Notes: generated by a model from the sequence alone, not told the origin. A stretch of 64,000 nt of DNA from Candidatus Bathyarchaeota archaeon (GCA_963833125.1 CAWHWX010000001.1:192001-256000); one strand, 5' to 3'. Numbered from the stretch's first letter, positions 53,441 through 63,569 are shown. Numbers and translations are program-made.

Positions 53441-54487
53441 TTACCTTGCGTCAATTGAGGATTGTTGAGTTGACTTGTGAACGAATTTTACGAGTTCAGC
53501 AACTTTCTGCACTGAGGCTTCAGGCAGCATGCCGTGTCCCAGATTGAATATGTGTCCGCTCCTACCGTCTACTTTTCTCAGAATCTCCTTCGACAACAGT
53601 TTGACTAGCTCCATGTCTGCGAGCAACGCAGCGGGGTCAAGGTTTCCTTGAATACCAACGTCATAACCCAACCGTTCCCAAGCAACATCGATTGGTATCC
53701 TCCAGTCGACCCCGAAGACATCACCCCCCGCGATCCTCATCTCTTCCAGAAGTGTCGATGTGCCAGTTCCAAAGTGAATTCTTGGCACTCCAGTTTCGCC
53801 CAGTTTCTGGAAGATGCGCTGTGAATATGGAAGCACGTAGTTGTGATAATCTTGCGGGCTAAGGCATCCAACCCAACTGTCGAAAAGCTGAACCGCATCA
53901 ACCCCGGATCGTATTTGTGCTAAGAGATAGGTGGCCATCGACTCTGAAAGTTTCTCCATCAGTGCATGCCATGTCTTTGGATCGCGATACATCAACGTCT
54001 TCACCTTGATGAAATCCCGAGTCGGGCGTCCCTCTATAAGATAACTTGCGATCGTGAAGGGTGCCCCGCAGAATCCAATCAAAGGCACTTTTCCATCCAA
54101 CATTTTCTTCGATACACCAATGGCTTCTAGGACAAAGGGCACATCGCTTGCCGGGTCCAGCGCCTCCAAAGATGTCACGGAATGCGCGTCAGTGATTGGT
54201 TGTTTGATGAGTGGGCCGACACCTTCCTCAATTTTGAACTCCACTCTCATCCCTTCTAGAGGTAACATGATGTCGGCGAACATAATTGCGGCGTCTACGC
54301 CTAAAGTGTCCACAGGCATTGTAGTGACCTTGGCGCACAGTTCGGGGTTCTTGCAGATTGAAATGATATCGTGTTTCTCTCTGATCTTCCTGTATTCGGG
54401 TAGAAAACGGCCTGCCTGGCGCATGAACCAGACTGGTGTCACATCAACTGACTGACGCCTGCAAGCCCTAATGAATCGATGATCCAT
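53441..54487 (-). CDS. hemE: Uroporphyrinogen decarboxylase
   Basis: PVWFMRQAGR, LIGFCGAPFT, QGNLDP, FNLGHG. Confidence 0.97.
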   Translation of the reverse strand: MDHRFIRACRRQSVDVTPVWFMRQAGRFLPEYRKIREKHDIISICKNPELCAKVTTMPVDTLGVDAAIMFADIMLPLEGMRVEFKIEEGVGPLIKQPITDAHSVTSLEALDPASDVPFVLEAIGVSKKMLDGKVPLIGFCGAPFTIASYLIEGRPTRDFIKVKTLMYRDPKTWHALMEKLSESMATYLLAQIRSGVDAVQLFDSWVGCLSPQDYHNYVLPYSQRIFQKLGETGVPRIHFGTGTSTLLEEMRIAGGDVFGVDWRIPIDVAWERLGYDVGIQGNLDPAALLADMELVKLLSKEILRKVDGRSGHIFNLGHGMLPEASVQKVAELVKFVHKSTQQSSIDAR

Positions 54488-55793
54488 CTTTCGAAACGGC
54501 ACTCCTAGGTCTCAATTGCTGAAACGCTCGCTTTGCAGCGTCAATCGTTTTCCTGACATCTCGTTCGGAATGGGCTGCTGAAACAAAAATTGTCTCGAAC
54601 GGAGAGGGAGGGAGGTAAACGCCGTGTTCCAGCATGGAATTGAAAACTAGCTTGTAGGCAGAGATATCACTGGACTTTGCGGAACTGTAATCCTTGACCT
54701 CAATGTATGTGAAAAACAATCCTAGCATTGACCCAATCCTATTCAACCATACGTCGCAGTCGTTTTCTCTCGCGGCTTCCAGTAGCCCTCGTTCCAACTT
54801 GGCTGAAGTCTTTTCTAGTTTCTCGTAGAAGCCTCGCCTCTTGATCTCGGTCAACGTAGCGATCCCCGCGGTCATTGCGAGCGGGTTTCCGGAAAGGGTT
54901 CCTGCTTGGTAGACGGGGCCGGTCGGTGCTACAAGATCCATGATCTTCCGCGAGCCACCGTATGCGCCGACGGGCAGGCCGCCGCCGATGATTTTGCCTA
55001 AGCATGTGAGGTCTGGTTGGATGCCGTAGAGCTTCTGAGCTCCACCTAGGGAGGCTCGGAATCCTGTAATTACTTCATCAAAGATGAGAAGGGATCCATA
55101 TTTCCGGGTGATTTCTCTGAGGTTTCGCAGATAATCTGATTTCGGGGGAACAAGTCCCATGTTTGCGGCAATTGGTTCAACAATAACCGCTGCGATTTCG
55201 TCGGGATGCTCTTCGAAGATCGATTTTACGGGTTCTGTGTCATTGTAAGGCGCAACAATCGTGTCTGATGTTGCTCCTGGGGTAACACCTGCTGAGTCAG
55301 GGATACCGAACGTTGCCATACCCGAACCTCCCTTCACCAGCATCGCATCGGAATGACCGTGGTAACAACCTTCGAACTTCAAAATCCTGTTGCGCTTCGT
55401 GTATGCGCGGGCAACCCTAAGCGTCGACATCACGGCTTCGGTTCCGGAATTAACAAAACGCAACTTTTCGATTAAGGGAAAGGAGTCCATAACTAGGTCT
55501 GCAAGATCGGTTTCAAGTCGAGTCGGAGCCCCATAGCTGGTTCCTCGGGGTAACGCAGTACGAAGAGCCCTTACGACCCTTGGGTTCGCGGATCCAAGGA
55601 TTAGCGCTCCCCAAGAACAAACGTAGTCGATGTAGCTGTTGCCGTCTTCGTCTTGTATCTTTGAGCCTCGTGCTCTCTTAATGAAGAGCGGGGTGCCGCC
55701 CACCGCCCGGAAGGCTCGGACAGGACTGTTCACGCCGCCAACGAGAACCTTACTGGCTTGCTCGTAAAGGGCTCTGGATGCGTCAACCTTCAA
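54468..55793 (-). CDS. hemL: Glutamate-1-semialdehyde 2,1-aminomutase
   Basis: GGVNSPVRAF, NSGTEA, FDEVITGFR, GKIIGGGLP. Confidence 0.97.
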   Translation of the reverse strand: MKVDASRALYEQASKVLVGGVNSPVRAFRAVGGTPLFIKRARGSKIQDEDGNSYIDYVCSWGALILGSANPRVVRALRTALPRGTSYGAPTRLETDLADLVMDSFPLIEKLRFVNSGTEAVMSTLRVARAYTKRNRILKFEGCYHGHSDAMLVKGGSGMATFGIPDSAGVTPGATSDTIVAPYNDTEPVKSIFEEHPDEIAAVIVEPIAANMGLVPPKSDYLRNLREITRKYGSLLIFDEVITGFRASLGGAQKLYGIQPDLTCLGKIIGGGLPVGAYGGSRKIMDLVAPTGPVYQAGTLSGNPLAMTAGIATLTEIKRRGFYEKLEKTSAKLERGLLEAARENDCDVWLNRIGSMLGLFFTYIEVKDYSSAKSSDISAYKLVFNSMLEHGVYLPPSPFETIFVSAAHSERDVRKTIDAAKRAFQQLRPRSAVSKDGSSIH

Positions 55794-55819
55794 CGGAGTT
55801 CACGAGGGATTGAGCTGGC

Positions 55820-56542
55820 TTATCCAAGCAGCGGTAGAATTTCGTCAATTGGCATAGCTATGCATGTGAAGATGGGAGTTTCTAGCTCAGTGTAGCGACT
55901 TGCTTCGCTGCTCCTCAACTCCATGACCAAGTCTGAGAAGTCAGAAGGCTGATCTGTTTCAAAGGCGAGAACGAATTCTTGATCGTCCACGCCGAAGGAA
56001 TATCCTGTGTGAATTTGTACTGAAGGGTACTTGTGTCCAATCTTGAAGTGTTGTGCCATCATCTTGGTTCTATCTTCGTGTGGCAGGAAGTACCATTCAC
56101 GTTTCTTGATGAATGGGTAAACGAACATGTACTTCGAGTTGCTCGACAGGCTGGTTAGAGAGGTGCCCTCCTGTCCTTCATGGTGGTGGCCACCTAGGTA
56201 TTCGGATTTCTTGGTCATGGCTAGATATGAGTATGGTATCTCTAGATACTTTCCAAGATTAGACGATAGAAGTGCTGAGGTGAAGTCTTGGAACCGTTCA
56301 AGCTGTCCTGCAACCGTCCATAGCATGAAGTCGCAGTCGCCACGGATACCCACTAGAGAATAGCTCTTGAGAGGGTTATCTTTCACAAAGCCTGTTACTA
56401 TTGATGCGAACTCGTTTCTCGATGATGATTTTTCCTCAGTGTCGAGTCGTCTCCATTGCGGATCGACCTTGAAGAACGTGTACTTGAGGAATTGCCGCTC
56501 TGTGACTTGAACCGGTTCAACATTCGTAGAGGTTTGTGTCAC
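55820..56542 (-). CDS. chdC: Coproheme decarboxylase / chlorite dismutase family
   Basis: FFKVDPQWRRL, VYPFIKKREWY, MMAQH..IG, YSFGVDDQEF; lies inside the hem operon. Confidence 0.88.
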   Translation of the reverse strand: MTQTSTNVEPVQVTERQFLKYTFFKVDPQWRRLDTEEKSSSRNEFASIVTGFVKDNPLKSYSLVGIRGDCDFMLWTVAGQLERFQDFTSALLSSNLGKYLEIPYSYLAMTKKSEYLGGHHHEGQEGTSLTSLSSNSKYMFVYPFIKKREWYFLPHEDRTKMMAQHFKIGHKYPSVQIHTGYSFGVDDQEFVLAFETDQPSDFSDLVMELRSSEASRYTELETPIFTCIAMPIDEILPLLG

Positions 56543-56543
56543 C

Positions 56544-57554
56544 TTAGTTAGCCTCCCGTAACCATTTGGCCGCGTCTTTGGCAAAGTATGTGATCATGAT
56601 GTTTGCCCCAGCTCGTTTTATGGCTGTCAGTGTCTCTAGCGCCACCCGTTTGTCGTCGAGCCAGCCTTTCTGTCCGGCTGCTTTGATCATTGCATATTCT
56701 CCGCTGACGTTATAGGCGGCTAGTGGGTGACGGAATCGGTTTCGTGCGTCCCTAATTACGTCTAGGTAGCTGAGCGCAGGTTTTACCATTATAATGTCCG
56801 CTCCTTCTCTGATGTCCATTTCGATCTCCCGTAGTGCCTCTCTGCGATTTGGTGGATCCATTTGGTAGGTGCGTCTATCTCCCCATAATGGCGTTGATTC
56901 GGCCGCTTCACGGAATGGCCCATAGAAGGCGGAAGCAAACTTGGCTGAATATGACATGATTGCGGTCTCCTGAAAACCTCGAGTGTCTAGTGCTAGTCGT
57001 ATTGCTTGAACTTGACCGTCCATCATGGCGCTTGGTCCGACAATGTCTGCGCCAGCTTCGGCATGTGAAACTGCGATTCGTGACAATAATTCTAACGTTT
57101 CATCGTTCTCTACTTTACCTTCGTGAATTACGCCACAATGCCCATGATCAGTATACTGACACAAACAAACATCTGTGACGACGACAAGCTGCGGGGCTAG
57201 CTTCTTGATGGTCCGTGCAGCTTGTTGGACTATCCCGTCGGTTGCGTAGGCCTCACTCCCGGAGCTGTCTTTGTGTTTGGGAAGACCGAAGAGCAAAACG
57301 GCAGGTATCTTCAAGCTTGTGACCTCGGCAATTTCATTCTTCAGTTCAGAGATTGAAAAGCGGTAGATACCTGGCATTGAGGGTATTTCTTCGCGGGCTG
57401 ACAGACGTTGATCTACAAAGACAGGATAGATGAAATCGGAACTTGAGAGCCGAGTTTCTCTCATCAGAGTTCGCAGAGACTCATGTTCCCTTAGTCTCCG
57501 GAGCCGATTAATGGGGCGTGTCTTCTCTGAAACTTCATACAGTTCTGATTTCAT
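56544..57554 (-). CDS. hemB: Porphobilinogen synthase
   Basis: DVCLCQYTDHGHCG, SAMMDG, FYGPFREAA, MVKPA, YNVSGEY. Confidence 0.97.
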   Translation of the reverse strand: MKSELYEVSEKTRPINRLRRLREHESLRTLMRETRLSSSDFIYPVFVDQRLSAREEIPSMPGIYRFSISELKNEIAEVTSLKIPAVLLFGLPKHKDSSGSEAYATDGIVQQAARTIKKLAPQLVVVTDVCLCQYTDHGHCGVIHEGKVENDETLELLSRIAVSHAEAGADIVGPSAMMDGQVQAIRLALDTRGFQETAIMSYSAKFASAFYGPFREAAESTPLWGDRRTYQMDPPNRREALREIEMDIREGADIIMVKPALSYLDVIRDARNRFRHPLAAYNVSGEYAMIKAAGQKGWLDDKRVALETLTAIKRAGANIMITYFAKDAAKWLREAN

Positions 57555-58323
57555 TCTTTATCGCCTCTACGAGATCATCAATCGTGTGAGTCCTCGCTAC
57601 AATGTCGACATGAATTCCTAATTCTTTCGTCGCCTCAGCCGTGACGGGGCCGATACATGCGACCTTAACTCCCTTCAACAAAACTGACAGCTCATTTGCG
57701 CCCAGGATTTGAGCGAGATTTCGGACCGTCGACGGGCTAGTGAAAGTTACAACGTCTACACCTTGATTCAAGATCGACCTAAACCGGTCAGCTGACAAAC
57801 TCTCTGGGATAATCGTTCTATATGCTACAACCTCTTCCACTTTGGCTCCACGTTGCCTCAAAAGGTCAGGCAACTTCTTGGAAGCTATGTCGGCTCGTGG
57901 CAATAGGATTCGTTTGCCTTCCACGTCACCTAAACCAACCGCTATCTTCTCGGATAGATATTGTGTTGGCACATAATCAGCTTCCCTACCCAGGTCTTCT
58001 AAGGCAGCAGCCGTCGCAGGCCCTATCGCCGCGACCCTAACTTGTTTCAATTTAGCGAAGGACTCTCCGAGCGCTTTGAGGCGTTGACTAAAGAATTGCA
58101 CTCCGTGAACACTCGTGAATATCAGCCAATCATACTTCAAAATGCCTAGAATCGACTTGTCTAAAGGGTCCGTGTTGTTGGGAGGAACGATTGTGATGGT
58201 TGGGAGCTCTATTGTTGTAGCTCCTAGGTATCGGAGTTTCGCTGAAATATGGATACTCTGTTTTTCAGAGCGCGTGATGAGGATTTTTATGCCTTCGAGG
58301 GTTTTCATAGATGAAGTTTGCAT
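57535..58323 (-). CDS. hemD: Uroporphyrinogen-III synthase
   Basis: ILITR, IFTSVHGV, IGPATA, FTSPSTV, IGPVTA. Confidence 0.95.
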   Translation of the reverse strand: MQTSSMKTLEGIKILITRSEKQSIHISAKLRYLGATTIELPTITIVPPNNTDPLDKSILGILKYDWLIFTSVHGVQFFSQRLKALGESFAKLKQVRVAAIGPATAAALEDLGREADYVPTQYLSEKIAVGLGDVEGKRILLPRADIASKKLPDLLRQRGAKVEEVVAYRTIIPESLSADRFRSILNQGVDVVTFTSPSTVRNLAQILGANELSVLLKGVKVACIGPVTAEATKELGIHVDIVARTHTIDDLVEAIKNEIRTV

Positions 58324-59240
58324 TAGGCTGCCTCCAATACTAGTTGCGCGCCCTTGCTGAGGAGGGACTCTGCTAATTCTTCTCCAACCTTTTTTGGATC
58401 TGATTTGTCTGAAATGAGCTTCGTACGCAAAAGCAATCTTCCATCCGATGAAGCGACCATGCCGTCTATCGTCAATTTCACCTCGTGCACGGTGGCGAAT
58501 GCTGCAATAGGTGTTTGACAGTTGGCTCCGAGTTTTCTCGCGAATGCTCTTTCAGCCTCAACGGCTCTGTGTGTGGGTTCATGGTTTATTCGGGAAAGGA
58601 GTTCAACCATTTCTTCATCGTCCTCTCTAATCTCAACTGCAAGCGCTCCTTGACCGATGGCAGGAAGCATGATCCGAGTCGATAGTAACTCAGTAGCGCG
58701 CCTTTCCATACCCAGTCGCGAGAGACCTGCGGCCGCCACGATTATTGCATCATATTCTCCTGCATCGAGTTTCCGTAGGCGCGTGTCGACATTTCCATGC
58801 ATTTCTAGAATACGCAAGTCGTTGCGTGCGGCTAAGAGTTGTGTCCTCCGACGAGGACTGCTCGTGCCTACCCGGGCTCCACCCGAAAGCTGCTCAAATT
58901 TTTGCTTGTCGCGCGAAATTAGTGCGTCTCTATGGTCGGCGCGTTGCGGGACAGCCGCTATCTTCAAGCCTGTGGGTAGCTCGGCTGTTAGATCCTTCAT
59001 GCTGTGAACCGCAATACGAATTTTCTTATCGAGCAGTGATTCCTCAATCTCTCTTGTGAATAATCGCTTACTGTTGAGAGCGCCAGCTGCAGAGTCCCGC
59101 CTATTGTCTCCTTGCGTTTTGATTGCGGCCACTTCGAAGCGAAAGTTTAACTCGAGTTTCTTTAGGGCCTCGATTATTTGCTTTGTCTGGGCAAGAGCGA
59201 GCGCACTTCCTCTGGTGCCCACGATAATGGGGTTTTTCAC
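58323..59240 (-). CDS. hemC: Hydroxymethylbilane synthase
   Basis: GTRGSALALAQ, AVHSMKD, GTSSPRR, GNVDTRL, GQGALA. Confidence 0.97.
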   Translation of the reverse strand: MKNPIIVGTRGSALALAQTKQIIEALKKLELNFRFEVAAIKTQGDNRRDSAAGALNSKRLFTREIEESLLDKKIRIAVHSMKDLTAELPTGLKIAAVPQRADHRDALISRDKQKFEQLSGGARVGTSSPRRRTQLLAARNDLRILEMHGNVDTRLRKLDAGEYDAIIVAAAGLSRLGMERRATELLSTRIMLPAIGQGALAVEIREDDEEMVELLSRINHEPTHRAVEAERAFARKLGANCQTPIAAFATVHEVKLTIDGMVASSDGRLLLRTKLISDKSDPKKVGEELAESLLSKGAQLVLEAA

Positions 59241-60541
59241 TCTTCGCTTTGCCGTCCTATACCGAAGAGTTCTCGGATCATGGCTTGGAATTTTTCGCCA
59301 TCGCCGTTGGACGTATGTTCCTTTAGCCTAACAGTCGGTTCGTAGAGGAGCTTGTTTACTATCCGACGTGTCAGTAGGTCAACAATGGCTTTTTCGCGAC
59401 TTGGTAAATCACCAAGTTTTCTTAGCGCTCTTGATAGCTCCTTTTCACGGATATTCTCGGCGACCTTCCTGAGGTCCTTTAGGGTATCGTTGGCTTCGTA
59501 GGCTCGCATATGAGTATCGAAATTGTCTACTTGTTTGCGCGTGAGCTCCTCAGCTTTTGCAATCTTCGCTTGGTACACTTTCTTTTGATCTTCCATGAAG
59601 GCTGTTAAGTCGTCGATATTGTACAGCTGCAGCCCAGGGATAAGAGCCGAGTCGGGGTTTACGTTGCGCGGCACACCAACATCGATAACAGTTAGTTCTT
59701 TGCCGTTGCGTTTGACCATAGCGTTCTGAAGATCCTCGGGACCTATCACATAACCTGCGGAGGATATGCAGGTGAGAACAACATCGGCCTTCTGAAGCAC
59801 ACTGGGAATCTCTTCTAGTCCTACGGCTTTTCCTGAAATCTGAGATGCCAGGTCTTGAGCCCGCTGCACGGTCCTGTTCGCAACAAACACCTCGACCCCT
59901 GGAAACGCGGACAAATCCTCGGCTGCGAGGGAGATCATCTTCCCTGCACCCACTAGCAGGATTGTTTCAATGCGTTGCTTCCCCGACAACTCCTTCAACA
60001 TCAGAGTAACGGCGGAGCTCACTGATACCCGTTCTGAATCTAGGCCGCTCAGATTTCTGATGGTGTTCGCGGCTTTGTAGGCGTGGCGGAAGAGTTCCGA
60101 CAGAAAAGGTCCGCTCGTTTGTGTCTGATTCGCGATTCTGAAAGCTTGCTTTACCTGTCCCTGGATCTGCTGTTCTCCTACAGCCAAAGAATCGAGGCCT
60201 GAGGCTACAGAGATCAAATGCAGTACTGCGTCCTCGCCAGTTACAGCATACGTGTACTGTTCGATATCTGCGGGTTGGATGCCGCTCCACTCGCTCATGA
60301 TTCTCCTTATGTCTCTTGCAATATCGCTCTCTAGAGGAGAGACGGCGTAGACTTCTGTCCTATTACAGGTTGACAAAATCACCGCTTCCTCGATATTGGT
60401 TTGGTTAACGGTTGACCTGAGCCGGTCTGGCAACTTCCCTTGAGGACACCAGAGCCGTTCTCGCACATCTATGGGCGCGTGTTTGTGGTTCGTGCCCACC
60501 ATTGTAAGTTTCCGATTTGAAGCGTTCGACATTGTTCTCAC
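59237..60541 (-). CDS. hemA: Glutamyl-tRNA reductase
   Basis: STCNRTE, GLDSLAVGEQQI, VGAGKM, ANRT, DVGVPRN. Confidence 0.97.
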   Translation of the reverse strand: MRTMSNASNRKLTMVGTNHKHAPIDVRERLWCPQGKLPDRLRSTVNQTNIEEAVILSTCNRTEVYAVSPLESDIARDIRRIMSEWSGIQPADIEQYTYAVTGEDAVLHLISVASGLDSLAVGEQQIQGQVKQAFRIANQTQTSGPFLSELFRHAYKAANTIRNLSGLDSERVSVSSAVTLMLKELSGKQRIETILLVGAGKMISLAAEDLSAFPGVEVFVANRTVQRAQDLASQISGKAVGLEEIPSVLQKADVVLTCISSAGYVIGPEDLQNAMVKRNGKELTVIDVGVPRNVNPDSALIPGLQLYNIDDLTAFMEDQKKVYQAKIAKAEELTRKQVDNFDTHMRAYEANDTLKDLRKVAENIREKELSRALRKLGDLPSREKAIVDLLTRRIVNKLLYEPTVRLKEHTSNGDGEKFQAMIRELFGIGRQSEE

Positions 60542-60554
60542 CCGTATTGAACAA

Positions 60555-61142
60555 TCATGTTGGCTTCATGGCTAGGAGAAAGAATTCGGAAAGGTACGCC
60601 GCGGCTTCTGTCGGTTTGTAGTTGCGTCTGAAATGTATCTGTTGAAAAACAAAACGATTCATCATACCTAGAAGACATTCAGCGGCCATTCTCGGATCGG
60701 TTTCACGAAACTCGCCTGACTCGATTCCTTTCTCAACGATAGCATTGAGGACGGATTGAATTCTGGCTAGGTCGGCAGCCAAGGTTTTTCGTCCAACTGA
60801 ATCAAGTTCCTCTGTCGAGTGCCGAACGTACAGACCAACGTTCAAGTGATCCTTAGGAAAGTGGGCAAGGTAGCTGCGTGCGAAAGCTCGTATCTGGGCA
60901 CTTGGTCCCGCCGCTTTCTCGCATTCTTCGTTTAGTTTCGTTATGAAGCCTGTCAGACTTACGCTTTCGCGCACAACCGCGTCAAACAGGGCTTCTTTGT
61001 TTTTGAAGTAGTAGTAGACTGTGGGTGGGGTGACATCGGCGGCTCTGCATATGTCACGCATAGCTACGTTTGAGAACCCACGCTGAGTGAAGAGTTCTTT
61101 CGCGACTTCGAGTATGCGTTGTTCTTGGGTAACCGTAGTCAT
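60555..61142 (-). CDS. TetR/AcrR family regulator
   Basis: ILEVAKELFTQRGF...DICRAADVTPPTVYYYFKNKEALF. Confidence 0.95.
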   Translation of the reverse strand: MTTVTQEQRILEVAKELFTQRGFSNVAMRDICRAADVTPPTVYYYFKNKEALFDAVVRESVSLTGFITKLNEECEKAAGPSAQIRAFARSYLAHFPKDHLNVGLYVRHSTEELDSVGRKTLAADLARIQSVLNAIVEKGIESGEFRETDPRMAAECLLGMMNRFVFQQIHFRRNYKPTEAAAYLSEFFLLAMKPT

Positions 61143-61147
61143 CGAAT

Positions 61148-62311
61148 TCAGCTCAGAACAGGTGTATGCATTGATGTCAGCTCTTCCGCATGTGGAATGT
61201 AAGGGCAAGCGGGGTCTTCTTCCAACGGGTCGCCAAACTCAGCGAAAGCCCTAGAGCGTGAACCTCCACAGATCTCCTTGTATTCGCAAACGCCACACCG
61301 TCCTTTCAGCTTCGAAGAATCCCTCAAGGCGATGAATAATGGGTTTGATCGATATATCGAGCTGAGGCTCTGGCTCGGAACCCTGCCAGTGCTTATGGGT
61401 AGAAAACCGCTTGGATAAACCTCTCCGTCGTAGGTTACGAAGAGAATCCCCCTTCCATCTCTTGTAGGAGTAGACTTCAGAGAGGGGGAACTCGTGGGCT
61501 TTCCTTCAAGCGTTCGCAATCTGTCTGTCAGATTTCGATAAAGCTCCCCGTTCGGAGGTGCGTGACCGTTTCCTCGCTCAGCACGTATTCTTCTGAAGTG
61601 GGGACCCTCCGCGGTTCGCACAGGCACCCCATAATGCGATGCCTCGAAGAGAAAATGCATGATTTCTTCACATTCCGTTGCCTCGAGACTCTCAAGCGAT
61701 GCTCCTCGGCCTGTTCGAATTAGGAAAAATACTTCCCAAGCGACCGCTCCACTCTGCTTTACAATGTGAAATATTTCAGCTAACTCGTTGACGTTGCTCC
61801 TCATCACTGTTGTATTGATTTGTGCCCTCAATCCCGTGCTCTTCGCAGATTGCATCGCCTGGATCGTCTTTTGCCATGTGCCTCTGATTCCACGAAGCCT
61901 GTCATGGGTTTCGGGTGACGCTCCGTCAAGGCTGACGGATATGATATCAACGCCTTTCTCTTTCATTCTAGAAACCGTGGTCTCGTTCAGTTTTGGCGTC
62001 ACGCTAGCCGCCACGGCCACATAGATGGATTTGCCTTTGGCGTAATCGATTAAGTCGAAGATGTCGTCCCGCATTAGCGGGTCGCCGCCGGTAAGTAGAA
62101 GCGCTGGGTAAGGTTGTCCAAAATTCACAAGTTGATCGATGAGTTCCAACCCTTGTAGATAATCTAGTTCACCCGGCATCCGGTTCCTGATCGCTCTCGC
62201 CCGACAATGCCTGCAAGATAGGAGACAGGCCTTCGTTGTTTCCCAACAAACGAAGACAGGTGCCTCGGAGAGATCGCTTCTCATCGTCCACGGAGGTCGT
62301 GTGGAACTCAA
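61148..62311 (-). CDS. Radical SAM/SPASM protein (NirJ/AhbD-related, TIGR04053-like)
   Basis: WETTKACLLSCRHCRA, TGGDPL, SLDG, CGVCEYKEICGGSRSRA...DPAC. Confidence 0.9.
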   Translation of the reverse strand: MSSTRPPWTMRSDLSEAPVFVCWETTKACLLSCRHCRARAIRNRMPGELDYLQGLELIDQLVNFGQPYPALLLTGGDPLMRDDIFDLIDYAKGKSIYVAVAASVTPKLNETTVSRMKEKGVDIISVSLDGASPETHDRLRGIRGTWQKTIQAMQSAKSTGLRAQINTTVMRSNVNELAEIFHIVKQSGAVAWEVFFLIRTGRGASLESLEATECEEIMHFLFEASHYGVPVRTAEGPHFRRIRAERGNGHAPPNGELYRNLTDRLRTLEGKPTSSPSLKSTPTRDGRGILFVTYDGEVYPSGFLPISTGRVPSQSLSSIYRSNPLFIALRDSSKLKGRCGVCEYKEICGGSRSRAFAEFGDPLEEDPACPYIPHAEELTSMHTPVLS

Positions 62312-62367
62312 GTCCTACATTCACACCCGCGTTTTAGAGCTAGTAACTTTTTTCTTGTTTTGGCGCT

Positions 62368-62389
62368 CTATTTAACGTTCGTTATATAG
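62368..62389. promoter_or_regulatory. Inverted-repeat operator candidate
   Basis: CTATTTAACG-TT-CGTTATATAG (9 of 10 positions pair) in the divergent intergenic region. Confidence 0.6.
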
Positions 62390-62432
62390 CTACTATAGAT
62401 TATTTCAGATGGACCTTCATTCCCAGATCAAG

Positions 62433-62453
62433 TCGGTTCGGATTGCGAACCGA
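62433..62453. promoter_or_regulatory. Second inverted-repeat operator candidate
   Basis: TCGGTTCG-gattg-CGAACCGA, perfect 8-bp arms. Confidence 0.45.
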
Positions 62454-62514
62454 TAGTTGAGGGCATTCGTGAAGCTTAAGTTTAGACGTAATACGTCATG
62501 ATTAGGGATGCGTT

Positions 62515-63288
62515 TTGAGTTACCAGAATGTATTGGTTACAAAGGAGGGCGCCATCGGCATAGTTCAATTGAATCGTCCGAAAGTTTTGAACGCCCTCAA
62601 TTTCGAGCTTATGACGGAACTGGTAATCGCGCTTGAGGAATTAGATAGAGAAGAAGCCGTCAAGGTGATGATTCTTACGGGCGGCGAAAGAGCCTTCGCG
62701 GCCGGAGCTGACTTGGCCGAAATGTCGCAGGATACACTGGTTGACCTAGTGCTTGATCGAAGGTTTGAGCTGTGGGATCGCATCAGGAAGATCTCGAAGC
62801 CCATCATAGCAGCCGTTAGCGGTTACTGCCTGGGAGGCGGAAATGAGCTGGCTATGAATTGTGACTTCATTATCGCATCCGAGACAGCGACGTTCGGTCA
62901 ACCAGAGGTAAACGTTGGGATCATTCCTGGCGCTGGTGGGACGCAACGTCTACCGCGCGTTGTTGGAAAATACAAAGCGATGGAAATGATTCTGACGGGC
63001 AAGAGTATTTCGGCGGACGAAGCGTATAGGATTGGTTTAGTTAATCATGTAGTTCCTCCTGAAAGCTTGATGGAGGAAGCTAAGAAGATCGCCACCGATA
63101 TCGCGTCAAAACCTCCAATCTCAATCAGATTCGCCAAAGAAGCGATCTTGAGAGCACAGGACACGACACTTGAAGTTGGTCTAGAGTTTGAACGCAAAGC
63201 GTTCTATATGCTGTTCGCCACTGAGGATGGAAAGGAAGGCATGAAGGCCTTCCTAGAGAAGAGGAAACCAACATTCAAAGGGAAGTAG
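62515..63288 (+). CDS. Enoyl-CoA hydratase (PaaF-like)
   Basis: LNRPKVLNAL, FAAGADL, LGGGNELA, FGQPEV..PGAGGTQRL. Confidence 0.93.
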   Translation: MSYQNVLVTKEGAIGIVQLNRPKVLNALNFELMTELVIALEELDREEAVKVMILTGGERAFAAGADLAEMSQDTLVDLVLDRRFELWDRIRKISKPIIAAVSGYCLGGGNELAMNCDFIIASETATFGQPEVNVGIIPGAGGTQRLPRVVGKYKAMEMILTGKSISADEAYRIGLVNHVVPPESLMEEAKKIATDIASKPPISIRFAKEAILRAQDTTLEVGLEFERKAFYMLFATEDGKEGMKAFLEKRKPTFKGK

Positions 63289-63289
63289 A

Positions 63290-63544
63290 ATGAAACGCCG
63301 GCTTTTTGAAATCGGCTTTATTGGCTCAGCGATTGCCTTAGTTGGTTTGGTTGGCCTACTGAATTGCCTTCAAGGTACCCCATTTCTGGGGGGTCTGAAA
63401 TGCAACTATGCGCTCACGTCAAGTGATTTGGTGATAAAGCTGGGCGCTACCGCGGTTTTTCTTCTCTTTCTTGCATTGCTGCTCGGCCCAGTACTTGCCA
63501 CGCTTATTCAACCAGGTTTCAACAAGCAAAAGAATCCTACCTGA
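63290..63544 (+). CDS. Small two-TM hypothetical protein
   Basis: Two hydrophobic segments; lies between the crotonase genes. Confidence 0.55.
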   Translation: MKRRLFEIGFIGSAIALVGLVGLLNCLQGTPFLGGLKCNYALTSSDLVIKLGATAVFLLFLALLLGPVLATLIQPGFNKQKNPT

Positions 63545-63569
63545 CTTTGAGGGATCGTAAACGAGCCAA

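Noticed and set aside
55820-56542. True chlorite dismutase
   Set aside because: No signal peptide, and its position in an operon with hemE and cpfC favours coproheme decarboxylase.
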